Positions 1 to 10,100 of a DNA stretch of 64,000 nt are shown piece by piece. The stretch is from Candidatus Falkowbacteria bacterium (GTDB lineage Bacteria; Patescibacteriota; Patescibacteriia; UBA11705; JABHMO01), in NCBI GenBank assembly GCA_018674305.1, contig JABHAL010000007.1, positions 6,976 to 70,975 of the forward strand, written 5' to 3'. The notes below the pieces were generated by a model that was not told the DNA's origin, ran no database searches, and saw nothing but the letters and a program-made list of their open reading frames with translations. Positions within the stretch are counted from its first letter, which is position 1. Each line of letters starts with the position of its first letter. A program made the translations under genes and the position numbers.

Positions 1-94
1 CAAGAAAATAAACCTGAATAAGAAAGATAAAGCACCAAGGAATAAATGATTTACATTTATATCCTTTAGCACCTTTATCCATTTAACTATCTAT

Positions 95-295
95 ATGAGT
101 AAACAAAAAACTATAAAAGCTGTTGCAAAAAGATTTCGAATTACAAAAACCAAGAAAGTCATCAAACAAAAAGCTGGCAAAGGTCATTTTAATGCTCGTG
201 AATCAGGAAAAGTCACTCGAAGCAAAAGAACCTCAACTACAGTTGACAACAAAAAGCTAGCTAAAAATATTCAAAGATTTATTCCACATAATTAA
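95..295 (+). CDS. rpmI: 50S ribosomal protein L35
   Basis: 66 aa basic protein, K-T-x-K-A-V-A-K-R-F-R-I-T motif, directly upstream of L20. Confidence 0.95.
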   Translation: MSKQKTIKAVAKRFRITKTKKVIKQKAGKGHFNARESGKVTRSKRTSTTVDNKKLAKNIQRFIPHN

Positions 296-380
296 ATAAC
301 CAATAGCGCGTGACCCATAACACATACTCCATACTTAAGTAGAGGATACGGGATACGGGACACGAGATACGTAAATATAT

Positions 381-770
381 ATGCCAAGAGTAAAAAGAGG
401 TACAACTCATGTAAAGAAAAGACGAAAAATCCTTAAAGCTGTTAAAGGCTATCGTCATGGTAGAAAAAACCTGATCAAATTAGCAAAAACTGCAATTCTT
501 AAAGCTGGTAGTTACGCTTACAGAGATCGGAAAGCAAAAAAAAGGTCTATGCGTAGACTTTGGCAGATTAAGCTTAACGCTGCTGTTCGTGTATTTGATC
601 TAAGCTACAGTAAATTTATAGACTTGCTTAAGAAAAATAAAATTGAACTAGATCGTAAAGTTTTAGCGGACATAGCTGAAAATAACACTGAAATTTTTGC
701 TAAGCTGGTTAAAACCCTTAAAGGCGATAAACCCAAGGCAGTCAAAGCTGAGGCAGAACAAGTTAAATAA
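381..770 (+). CDS. rplT: 50S ribosomal protein L20
   Basis: MPRVKRG start, AYRDRKAKKRSMRRLW, LDRKVLADIA. Confidence 0.98.
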   Translation: MPRVKRGTTHVKKRRKILKAVKGYRHGRKNLIKLAKTAILKAGSYAYRDRKAKKRSMRRLWQIKLNAAVRVFDLSYSKFIDLLKKNKIELDRKVLADIAENNTEIFAKLVKTLKGDKPKAVKAEAEQVK

Positions 771-790
771 AATTCACATTCAAGAATATC

Positions 791-820
791 ATAAAAACAC
801 GACAAACGTCGTGTTTTTAT
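791..820. terminator. bidirectional intrinsic terminator between rplT and tRNA-Asp
   Basis: perfect inverted repeat ataaaaacacgac-aaac-gtcgtgtttttat. Confidence 0.8.
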
Positions 821-896
821 GGCGGACCGGACGGGACTCGAACCCGCGATCTCCTGCGTGACAGGCAGGTGTGTTAACCAACTACACCACCGATCC
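820..896 (-). tRNA. tRNA-Asp (GTC)
   Basis: minus strand GGATCGGTGGTGTAGTTGGTTAACACACCTGCCT-GTC-ACGCAGGAGATCGCGGGTTCGAGTCCCGTCCGGTCCGCCA, cloverleaf with encoded CCA; upstream TTGACG-17-TATATT promoter. Confidence 0.97.
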
Positions 897-1022
897 AGAC
901 AAATTGTGTTTGTAATATACTCCTTTTCTTTCTTGACGTCAAGAGTTGTTGTTGACAAAACCAGCACTTGCCAAAATTATCAATATATATTATACTCTTC
1001 ACATAAATCGTAAAAATTCATT

Positions 1023-1106
1023 ATGGCAAAAAAGAACAAGAAACGCAGTACTGGTTTTAAAGTTCCACAAATCAAAAGACTGCAAAAAAGAAGTAAAACA
1101 AAATAA
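1023..1106 (+). CDS. 27 aa Lys/Arg-rich small peptide (MAKKNKKRSTGFKVPQIKRLQKRSKTK), not in ORF track
   Basis: ATG..TAA ORF preceded by TTGCCA-17-TATACT (968-996) and followed by a terminator-like hairpin (1105-1157). Confidence 0.5.
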   Translation: MAKKNKKRSTGFKVPQIKRLQKRSKTK

Positions 1107-1169
1107 AAAAATACTCAGCAAGCGAAGAATTTTTCTTCTTCTACTGAGTATTTTTTTATTGGAGAAAAT

Positions 1170-1400
1170 TTATCCCACGTCAACTTCCAGTAGTCCTAAT
1201 GATACCAAAACATACAAAACCACTAAAGCCAGGGCGGCGATTATAAACCAGAACAAAACAATTTTCCATTTGGACCTCCAAAAATCTACTTTCTTAATCA
1301 CCTCCCCCTTACCAACTCGATAAAGAATGACGACTACCCAAAATGCACAAATTAAAACCACCAAGGCTAAAGTTCTTTTGTAAGTAAAAAATTCTAACAT
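1170..1400 (-). CDS. small membrane protein (2 TM)
   Basis: 76 aa, two hydrophobic segments. Confidence 0.65.
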   Translation of the reverse strand: MLEFFTYKRTLALVVLICAFWVVVILYRVGKGEVIKKVDFWRSKWKIVLFWFIIAALALVVLYVLVSLGLLEVDVG

Positions 1401-1409
1401 ATTTTTTTA

Positions 1410-1532
1410 TTAAAAGCCGGCCACGGCATAATTATCTGTTAAAACACGATAAATTAACCAACCGCCTAAAACCACGAAAAACATCACTAAGTTGATTACC
1501 CAAAAAATTGTATGCTGTTTTGGTTTAAACAT
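1410..1532 (-). CDS. 40 aa single-TM small protein (MFKPKQHTIFWVINLVMFFVVLGGWLIYRVLTDNYAVAGF), not in ORF track
   Basis: fills the gap between 1535..6916 and 1170..1400 in operon-like spacing; one TM segment. Confidence 0.55.
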   Translation of the reverse strand: MFKPKQHTIFWVINLVMFFVVLGGWLIYRVLTDNYAVAGF

Positions 1533-1534
1533 AT

Positions 1535-4500
1535 TTATTTTTTATTTAATGAATCTAAATTATAATAATCTTCATGCATCTCATTTAAATCAACGTCTTT
1601 AATTTCCCCTTTAAACTTTTGCCCCTCTGGTCTCACCACTTTTTGTTTACCTTCGACAACCTCTTCTTTTTGTTGTCCTAATCCAGTGCGCAAAGTAACT
1701 GGCTGATCTTTTTTCTGAGCTTCTTCAATTCCCTTGCCCAGCTTATGCGACCTTAACTTAAAATCTTCTGTTAAATAACCACTGGTTTCTTTTTCTAAAT
1801 TAAACACCTCACTGCGCTTCTGATAATAACCAGGCTTTTCAGCAGTAACATAATATTCCTGATTACCAACCAAAAAGGCATAACGTCCCTTGCTATCAGT
1901 AACTTGAGTTTCAAGTAATTTATTAAACCTAGTTTCAAACACTCTAACAATAGTTCTGCTCAGTGTTTTTTTGTTTTCCACATCTCGAACCAGCCCCCAA
2001 CTCTTTGGCTTGTCACCTTTAGCCAGTCGATTAAACAACAAATATAAAACAATTTGTCCGATAATCAATAACGCAAACTTTAGACTTGGATTGATGATAA
2101 ATGAAATAATAGCGGCCACTGGTGCGATCAGAGTAAGTAATGTTTGCATTCGCTTGAACCAATATAACTTCAATACTTTTTCCCCTTTTTGAACCATTTT
2201 AACTGGATCCATAGCGATTGGCATAGCAATCGCATCACGTTCTCTAACTTCAATCGTTTCACCATAGTATACGGCTTCAAACTGTCCATCCTTTTGTACA
2301 TTATTTAATAATTTACATGGAAACTTGTAATCTTTTTTCTGAACCTCAACATAGTATTTACCAGGATTAAGTATGAATTCATAACGACCAGCCTTGTCAG
2401 TTACTTTTGTTCTTACCAGTTTTTTAGTTTCCGCATTGTAAACTCGAACCACCGCTAAATCAACCGGCTTTTTACTGGCCGCATCATAAACAATTCCCCA
2501 GCCTCGTCTTCGTTTTTTAGTTAAAAGTAATAACGGCTGAGTGAATAAAAACTGTAAATATGTTAAAACACCTGCTCCACTTGCACCAGTTGCTCCAACT
2601 GTAGCTAGTGACGCCACTGAAGTTGCAGTTACTGTAGCTGCTGCTGGAGTTTTCACTGTCTCATTTGCTTTTTCCAAAGCTGGATTATCAACGGTCGCTT
2701 TCTGAACAATTTTAGTCGTCCTAACTACCGCCTTAACTGATTTTTCAACTTGCTGTTGCGCCTTTACTATATCAACCCGAGTGATCACACTGATAACTTT
2801 AGCAATTCCTTTTGTTGTACTTTGCACAACCTTGCCATCCATTAACTTTTCAGTTTCATATATTATTTCAAACTTAATCTCTTGTTCTGTTTTGTCCCAA
2901 GATTTTTTTGCATCAATATCTTCATAAATTTCAATCAACTCAGGATCCAATTTAATATTATCTGGAACATGACTTTGACCGACGACCACATCAATAATAT
3001 CGTCTTTAACAATCGGGCCTTGCCAATCATCAACAACCGGTACTCCTCCATCGTCACCTGTATTTGGTACTACCGGCAAAGGCACTACTGGTTCTCCTGG
3101 TCCTTCATCGTCATTATCACCAGGCTGACCATCATCGCCTGGTTGTAAATCATCAGCTTGTCCTCCGTCTGCTTCTGGAATTACTGGTGGAACAACTGGT
3201 TTTATAGGGGGAACAACCGGAGGAATGACTGGATCATCAATCGGTTCATCAATTGGTTCATCAATTGGTTCGTCAGCTGCTGGCTCGTTAAATGGCTCAT
3301 CGACTGGATCATCCCCAGGTTCATCAACTGGTTCGTCAACTGGCTCATCAACCGGCTCATCAACCGGTTCGTCAACCGGATCATCAACCGGTGGCTGTGA
3401 AGAAACTAAGAAAAATGACTCTTCGGTTGGTTCAACTGAAAGATTTTCAGCTTCATCAATCGCCTTAACCGAAACTTTATGTTCACCAGGATAATAGCTA
3501 TCTTCAAATGAATAGCGCCAACTATCAGAATCAACTTCAATCGTATCAATCAAAATAGTATCATCTAAATATATTAAAATTTGTTCTGTGTCAGCTTTAA
3601 TTTTTCCCGAAATAGTGACATCCGCCCCAATTTTATTATCAACTTCCTCTCCAACAATAATTGACATCAAGGTAATTGATGGCGCATCTGGCGGATTAGT
3701 ATCAACTAAAACAGTATGAATATCTGAACAAACATCTTCATTAGCAACTTTAATTGTATGCAATCCATCAATCAATGAATCACCTACCTGCCAAACAAAA
3801 TTTTTATCTGGCTGTGACACAAATGAATAAACTTCTATATTATCAATATAAATGACTACCCTCATTGAACCCTCGGCAGAAGCTCCGATTACATATGGCT
3901 CATTGTTATTGGTCACTATTCCATCAGCTGGTTCATTTAAAATTGGAGGCTCTATTTCTGGCACTGGATCTGGTATTGGTACAGGTATCGGTGCTGGCGC
4001 TGGATCACTCCCACCACCGCCACCAGAACGAGCTCCCAAAGTTTTAACATTTGTGCCACTAGAAAAGGAAGTCTCTTCTCCATCACCATTCCTAGATTTA
4101 ACTCTATATTGATATGTTGTCGACTCACTTAGACCTGTATTTTGCCAAGAATTTGTTTGTACCCAACCTGAATTTGTTCCCGCTGTAACATTTTCAAAAT
4201 ACAAACCAGAACCACCTGAAGTTAAATTATCCAAAGTTCCTAAAGCACTCATAGTTATACTGTCAATTAAAATACTACTTGTGCTAATTCCCGTTGGTGT
4301 ATTCTGGGAGGTGTAAACCGTTGTCGTCACCGAAGAAGTTTCAGTTAAATCTTCATTACGCGCTTTAACTGACACTTCATAAGCTGTGTTTGCTAACAAA
4401 CTTGACTGAGCCCAAGACATTCCGGGAATCCATCCACTATTATCTGAAGGCGTTAAAGTACTGGCATAATATGTGTCTTGAGCACCGCCACTACTCCAGC

Positions 4501-6916
4501 CCCACGTAATGGAAGCCGTCGTATTAGCACTGTGAGTTAAACTAGTCGGTGCATCTGCGTCAGTATAGGCACTGGCTGTACTTGAAGCAATCCCTGTACC
4601 TTTGGCATTAACGGCTCTAACATAAACTGTATATTGAGTATTAGCACTTAAAGAATCCCCACCATCAGTAATTGTTGTTTGAGTATAATTACTTGTAGCT
4701 GCGCCGACGGAACCAATTAAAGAATCATCAGAAGATCTATATACATAATAATCAGTGGCCCCAGCTACATCATCCCAATTCCAATCAATTGATCTGGTAT
4801 CTCCCGCAGAAGATGCCAATCCAGTTGGCCGAGCAGGCGGGGTAATTATCTCTGCCGTTTCTGGAGTTGAGGCGGTGTTCAAAGTACCATCTCCGTTATA
4901 TGATGAAAATCTAAATTTATAACAAGTAGCCGCACTTAAACTGGTAACTGTGTACGGACTGCTAGAATTATCTGAAACGTTATCAAACAAGGTTGTTTCA
5001 TATCCATCACAATCAGTATCTTGTTCAATTTTTAAACCCGTTTGCGACTGATCCGTCCAAGTTAAAGTCTGTTGATAACTAGCTTTTGTCGTCGCATCGG
5101 CCAATCCAACCCCTGAAACTTGATTCGCAGCAGTATACTTTGCAATTTCAACCGCATTACTCAGATGCCCATAATCATCTTCTGTCCAGATATTAGCCAC
5201 ATACTGAGTATTTGCAGTTAAACTTCCAATCTCATTAGTACCCCCTTGTGTATATGAACCTGAAGCAATAGTAACATCCAACGTATCCGAAGTAGCGACA
5301 CCAGAGGCACCAGCTTTATAGTAAACATTGTATTCGTTTAAATTTGTATCTGTGCCAACTGCACCTAGAGTATGAACAATTGTGCTTGTCGTAACGGTAT
5401 CTAAAGTCAGATTACCTGATGACACCGGAGCCACATTATCTAGAGTTAAAGTTGTTGTCACAGCTGTACCATCAACCACATCATCATTAGGTGTTATTTG
5501 AATACAGTAAGTACCGTCCGCAGAAGCTACATCAGTTGCAGTAGACCAGTCAAAAGTTACTGTGTTCGCACCCGATCCGGTATCAATCCTATAAGTAGCA
5601 GTTGTACCTATTTGATATGTATCATCATTTTCAACACTTGGCACGCCTCCACTATCACTGGTGTCTGCTGTAGAACTTACAGCTTCATCCATTGTTGGGT
5701 CACTGGTCCCGCTACTACAATCAGATCCAGCTTTATATTCAACTTTCAACATAACATCATCATCATCACCGTCATCAACCTCAACTGAAATATCGACTGT
5801 GCCAGTTCCATCTGTTTTTTGTACCGCTGAATTAATCGTCACAGTTGGCACCGAATTAAGAGGATCATCAGTAAAAATACCAGCACTACCAGCAGTAGCA
5901 ACCCCATAAGCTGTACCACCACTAACATCAACTGTTGAGATACTATTTGTATTATAATAAGCAATATAAATAATTCCACCACCGCCACCACCACCATCAT
6001 CACCACTAGCATCACTAGCGTTACCACCTTTTGCCGAGACTGATATCGGTGTTCCAGTAACAGTCCCTGCAGTGATTTTTATAGCACCCCCACCGCCACC
6101 ACCAGCTCCGTCTAAAAAATGCCAAGGGTTTCTACCAGCAGCCGTGATTGTACCATTAACAGTCAAAGTATCAGAAACATTCAATATAATTAAACCACCA
6201 CCAGCCCCGCCCAAAGCAGAATTATCACCAGAATCAGCTGCACCAGCACCACCAGCTCCTAGATATATTGGATTTGTTGCACTATCATATGCAGAACCAC
6301 CTGCATTGTCAGTATCACCAACACCACCAGCTCCATAATGAGCACCACCACCACCACCTTGATTTGCTCCAAATTTTCCTTCACCATCAGTACCAACTGG
6401 AGCATAACCATTAGCACCACCACCACCACTAGCACCACCATCAAAACCCAGTGCGTATACATTGATCGAGCCACCAGACTGGACATCTATATTTGCAGCA
6501 GTGATATCAACTTCATAAACATGTGTGGTGGAATTATTTCCATGATTTAATGTCCCTCCTGACTCGACGGTCAATGTTCCTGATATTGTCTGAGTGTTTA
6601 TATTACTTTGTGTCAACGTTCCACCACTCGCAATCGTAATATTAGCAACTTCATTAATAGTATAATCTCCAATATCGACAGCATGACTTACAGTCACACT
6701 ATCCCCCACCTGAGGAACTGTGCTAGCACAATTACTCCAAGTACCAACAGTAGCCCAAGCACCAGCACCAGCAGAGGTACAGCTAGAAGCTTGTGCCTTT
6801 TGCATAGTCAAAGATGGGGTGTCACCTGGAAGAAAATTAAAACTAGCGCTGTATATAATTACAATCAGCACAGTGGCTAAATTAATCCACTTAATTTTTT
6901 TCTTAAGCTTTTCCAT
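1535..6916 (-). CDS. giant cell-surface protein: signal peptide, Gly-rich N-terminal region, Ig/FN3-like repeats, PVDE linker, C-terminal TM plus carboxypeptidase-regulatory-like domains
   Basis: 1793 aa; LSANTQYTVYVRAVN-type FN3 motifs; GGGGG tracts; WG(I/L)V.D...VR(V)Y/F...TD..GRY repeats near TM helices. Confidence 0.85.
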   Translation of the reverse strand: MEKLKKKIKWINLATVLIVIIYSASFNFLPGDTPSLTMQKAQASSCTSAGAGAWATVGTWSNCASTVPQVGDSVTVSHAVDIGDYTINEVANITIASGGTLTQSNINTQTISGTLTVESGGTLNHGNNSTTHVYEVDITAANIDVQSGGSINVYALGFDGGASGGGGANGYAPVGTDGEGKFGANQGGGGGAHYGAGGVGDTDNAGGSAYDSATNPIYLGAGGAGAADSGDNSALGGAGGGLIILNVSDTLTVNGTITAAGRNPWHFLDGAGGGGGGAIKITAGTVTGTPISVSAKGGNASDASGDDGGGGGGGIIYIAYYNTNSISTVDVSGGTAYGVATAGSAGIFTDDPLNSVPTVTINSAVQKTDGTGTVDISVEVDDGDDDDVMLKVEYKAGSDCSSGTSDPTMDEAVSSTADTSDSGGVPSVENDDTYQIGTTATYRIDTGSGANTVTFDWSTATDVASADGTYCIQITPNDDVVDGTAVTTTLTLDNVAPVSSGNLTLDTVTTSTIVHTLGAVGTDTNLNEYNVYYKAGASGVATSDTLDVTIASGSYTQGGTNEIGSLTANTQYVANIWTEDDYGHLSNAVEIAKYTAANQVSGVGLADATTKASYQQTLTWTDQSQTGLKIEQDTDCDGYETTLFDNVSDNSSSPYTVTSLSAATCYKFRFSSYNGDGTLNTASTPETAEIITPPARPTGLASSAGDTRSIDWNWDDVAGATDYYVYRSSDDSLIGSVGAATSNYTQTTITDGGDSLSANTQYTVYVRAVNAKGTGIASSTASAYTDADAPTSLTHSANTTASITWGWSSGGAQDTYYASTLTPSDNSGWIPGMSWAQSSLLANTAYEVSVKARNEDLTETSSVTTTVYTSQNTPTGISTSSILIDSITMSALGTLDNLTSGGSGLYFENVTAGTNSGWVQTNSWQNTGLSESTTYQYRVKSRNGDGEETSFSSGTNVKTLGARSGGGGGSDPAPAPIPVPIPDPVPEIEPPILNEPADGIVTNNNEPYVIGASAEGSMRVVIYIDNIEVYSFVSQPDKNFVWQVGDSLIDGLHTIKVANEDVCSDIHTVLVDTNPPDAPSITLMSIIVGEEVDNKIGADVTISGKIKADTEQILIYLDDTILIDTIEVDSDSWRYSFEDSYYPGEHKVSVKAIDEAENLSVEPTEESFFLVSSQPPVDDPVDEPVDEPVDEPVDEPVDEPGDDPVDEPFNEPAADEPIDEPIDEPIDDPVIPPVVPPIKPVVPPVIPEADGGQADDLQPGDDGQPGDNDDEGPGEPVVPLPVVPNTGDDGGVPVVDDWQGPIVKDDIIDVVVGQSHVPDNIKLDPELIEIYEDIDAKKSWDKTEQEIKFEIIYETEKLMDGKVVQSTTKGIAKVISVITRVDIVKAQQQVEKSVKAVVRTTKIVQKATVDNPALEKANETVKTPAAATVTATSVASLATVGATGASGAGVLTYLQFLFTQPLLLLTKKRRRGWGIVYDAASKKPVDLAVVRVYNAETKKLVRTKVTDKAGRYEFILNPGKYYVEVQKKDYKFPCKLLNNVQKDGQFEAVYYGETIEVRERDAIAMPIAMDPVKMVQKGEKVLKLYWFKRMQTLLTLIAPVAAIISFIINPSLKFALLIIGQIVLYLLFNRLAKGDKPKSWGLVRDVENKKTLSRTIVRVFETRFNKLLETQVTDSKGRYAFLVGNQEYYVTAEKPGYYQKRSEVFNLEKETSGYLTEDFKLRSHKLGKGIEEAQKKDQPVTLRTGLGQQKEEVVEGKQKVVRPEGQKFKGEIKDVDLNEMHEDYYNLDSLNKK
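3227..3390 (-). repeat. 12-bp tandem repeat encoding PVDE/PIDE linker
   Basis: repeated (g/a)gttc(g/a)tcaac(t/c) units. Confidence 0.9.
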
Positions 6917-7131
6917 TTAAAATTTACTCTTTTAAATCAAAACTATTCGCGATGATTTTTCTACCGCAAAAAATACCAGACGCTAATTGCTAATACAAAA
7001 CCTGTCTAGTTTTTTCATACTATTTATTAGCTAAATTATACCATTTTCAAGTTCTTTAAACAACAAAAAGTGTGTTTTTATCCACACTTTTTGTTATATA
7101 ATTCTCACTTGAAAAAACTTTTTGCTCAGAC

Positions 7132-10100
7132 CTATTTCAAACTATCTACATCATAATAATCTTCATGCATTTGATCAAGATCAACATCTTTAATTTCACC
7201 CTTAAACTTCTCTTCGTCACGGCGAATAACTCGTTTTATACCTTGAATCATTTTTTCCTTTTGTTGTCCTAGTCCAGTACGCAAAGTAACTTGCTGATCT
7301 TTTTTCTGAGCTTGTTCAATTCCCTTGCCCAGCTTATGCGACCTTAACTTGAAATCTTCCGTTAAATAACCAGTCTCTTCTTTCTCCAAATTAAACACTT
7401 CACTTCTCTTCTGATAATAGCCTGGCTTTTCAGCAGTAACATAATATTCCTGATTACCTACCAAGAAAGCATATCGACCCTTACCATCTGTAACCTGGGT
7501 ATCTAATAATTTATTAAACTTTGTTTCAAACACTCTAACAATAGTTCTACTTAACGTTTTTTTATTCTCCAAATCACGCACAATTCCCCAACTCTTAGGT
7601 TTATCACCTTTAGCCAGACGACTGAACAAGAAATACAAGGCAACTTGCCCGACAATAAGTAAGCCAAATTTCAAAGTTGGATTAATAATAAATGAAACAA
7701 TAGCCGCCACTGGTGCAATCAAAGTAAACAGTGTTTGTGTCTTTTTGAACCAAAACAACTTCATCACTTTTTCACCTTTTTGGGCTAATTTAATCGGATC
7801 CAGAGCAATCGGCATAGATACGGCATCACGCTCTTGAACTTCAATCACTTCTCCATAATACACATCTTCAAAATGTCCATCAGTGGTTACCTTATCTAAT
7901 ATTTTACATGGAAACTTGTAATCTTTTTTCTGAACTTCAATATAATATTTACCTGGCTTCAAAATAAATTCATAACGACCAGCCTTGTCAGTTACTTTAG
8001 TTCGTACCAATTTCTTGGTTTCCGCATTGTAAACTCGAACCACTGCTAAATCAACTGGCTTTTTACTAGCTGCGTCATAAACAATTCCCCAGCCTTTACG
8101 TCTTTTTTTAGTTAGAAGTAATAACGGCTGAGTGAATAAAAACTGTAAATATGTTAAGACACCTGCACCACTAGCGCCAGTTGCACCAACTGTAGCCAGT
8201 GAAGCTACGGAAGTTGCAGTTACTGTAGCTGCTGCTGGAGTTTTCACTGTCTCATTAGCTTTTTCCAAAGCTGGATTATCAACGGTCGCTTTCTGAACAA
8301 TTTTGGTCGTTCTAACTACCGCCTTAACTGATTTTTCAACTTCCTGTTGCGCTTTTACTACATCAACGCGAGTAATCACACTAATAACTTTAGCAATTCC
8401 TTTTGTTGTACTTTGCACAACTTTGCCATCCATTAACTTTTCAGTTTCATATATTATTTCAAATTTAATTTCTTGTTCAGTTTTATCCCAAGAATTTTTT
8501 GCATCAATATCTTCATAAATTTCAATCAACTCAGGATCCAATTTAATATTATCCGGAACATGACTTTGACCAACAACCACATCAATAATATCGTCTTTAA
8601 CAATCGGACCTTGCCAGTCATCAACAACCGGCACTCCTCCGTCGTCACCTGCATTTGGTACTACCGGCAAAGGAACTACTGGAGCTCCTGGCCCTTGATC
8701 GTCATTATCACCAGGCTGACCATCATCTCCTGGTTGCGAATCATCAGCTTGTCCTCCGTCTGCTTCTGGAATTACTGGTGGTACAACTAGTGGCGCTACT
8801 GGTGGAATAACTGGTTTTATAGGAGGAATAACCGGAGGAACGACTGGATCGTCAACTGGTTTATCAACTGGTTCGTCAACTGGCTCATCGACTGGCTCAT
8901 CAACTGGCTCATCAACTGGCTCGTCAACTGGCTCGTCGACAGGCTCATCGACTGGTTCATCAACTGGCTCGTCGACAGGCTCATCGACTGGTTCGTCAAC
9001 TGGTTCGTCAACGGGTTCATCAACTGGTGGTTGTGAAGAAACTAATAAAAATGACTCTTCGGTTGGTTCATCTGAAAGATTTTTAGCTTCATCAATCGCC
9101 TTAACCGAAACTTTATGTTCACCAGGATAATAGCTATCTTCAAATGAATAGCTCCATTTTTCAGAATCAACTACGATTGTGTCAATCAAAATCGTATCAT
9201 CCAAATATATTAAAATTTGTTTTGTGTCAGCTTTAATTTTTCCCGAAATAGTAACATCCGCTCCAATTTTATTATCAACTTCCGCTCCTACAATAATTGA
9301 CATCAAAGTAATTGACGGTGCATCTGGCGGACTGGTGTCAACTAAAATACTATGGATATCTGAATAAACATCTTCATTGGCAACTTTGATTGAATGCAAT
9401 CCATCAGCTAATGGATCACTTATTTGCCAAACAAAATTCTTATCCGGTTGAGAAACAAATGAATGAACTTCTATATCATCAACATAAACATCTACTGTCA
9501 TTAAACCCTCGGTAGAAGATCCGATTACATATGGTTTATTATTATTGGTGACCATTCCATCAGCTGGTTCGCTTAAGACGGGGGGATCTATTTCTGGATC
9601 CGGATCTGGTATTGGTATAGGTATCGGTGCTGGATCACCACCTCCACCTGATCGAGCCCCCAAAGTTATAACATTAGTACCACTAGAAAAGGAAGTCTCT
9701 ACTCCATCACCATTCCTAGTTTTAACTCGATACTGATAAGTTGTAGATTCGCTTAATCCAGTTTCTACCCATGAGTTTGTTTGTACCCAACCTGAATTTG
9801 TTCCCGCTGTAACATTTTCAAAATACAAACCAGAACTATCTGAAGTTAAATTATCAAAAGTTCCTGTCGCAGACAAAGTTATACTATCAATCAAAATATT
9901 ACTAGAACTAATACCGCTTGGTGTATTTTGCGCTGTGTAAAATATGGTCGATGAAGAGTCTACTGTAGTAGAAGTTTCATCACTGTCACCATTTCTCGCT
10001 TTGACTGTATATGAATATTGAGTATTAGCACTTAAACTAGAATTTGCCCAACTATTAGTCTGGATCCAACCAGAATTTGTACTAGCCGTAGTATTTGTAA

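Noticed and set aside
605-1323. ORFs 605..967, 819..1013 and 946..1323
   Set aside because: They overlap rplT, tRNA-Asp or better-supported small genes; shadow frames.
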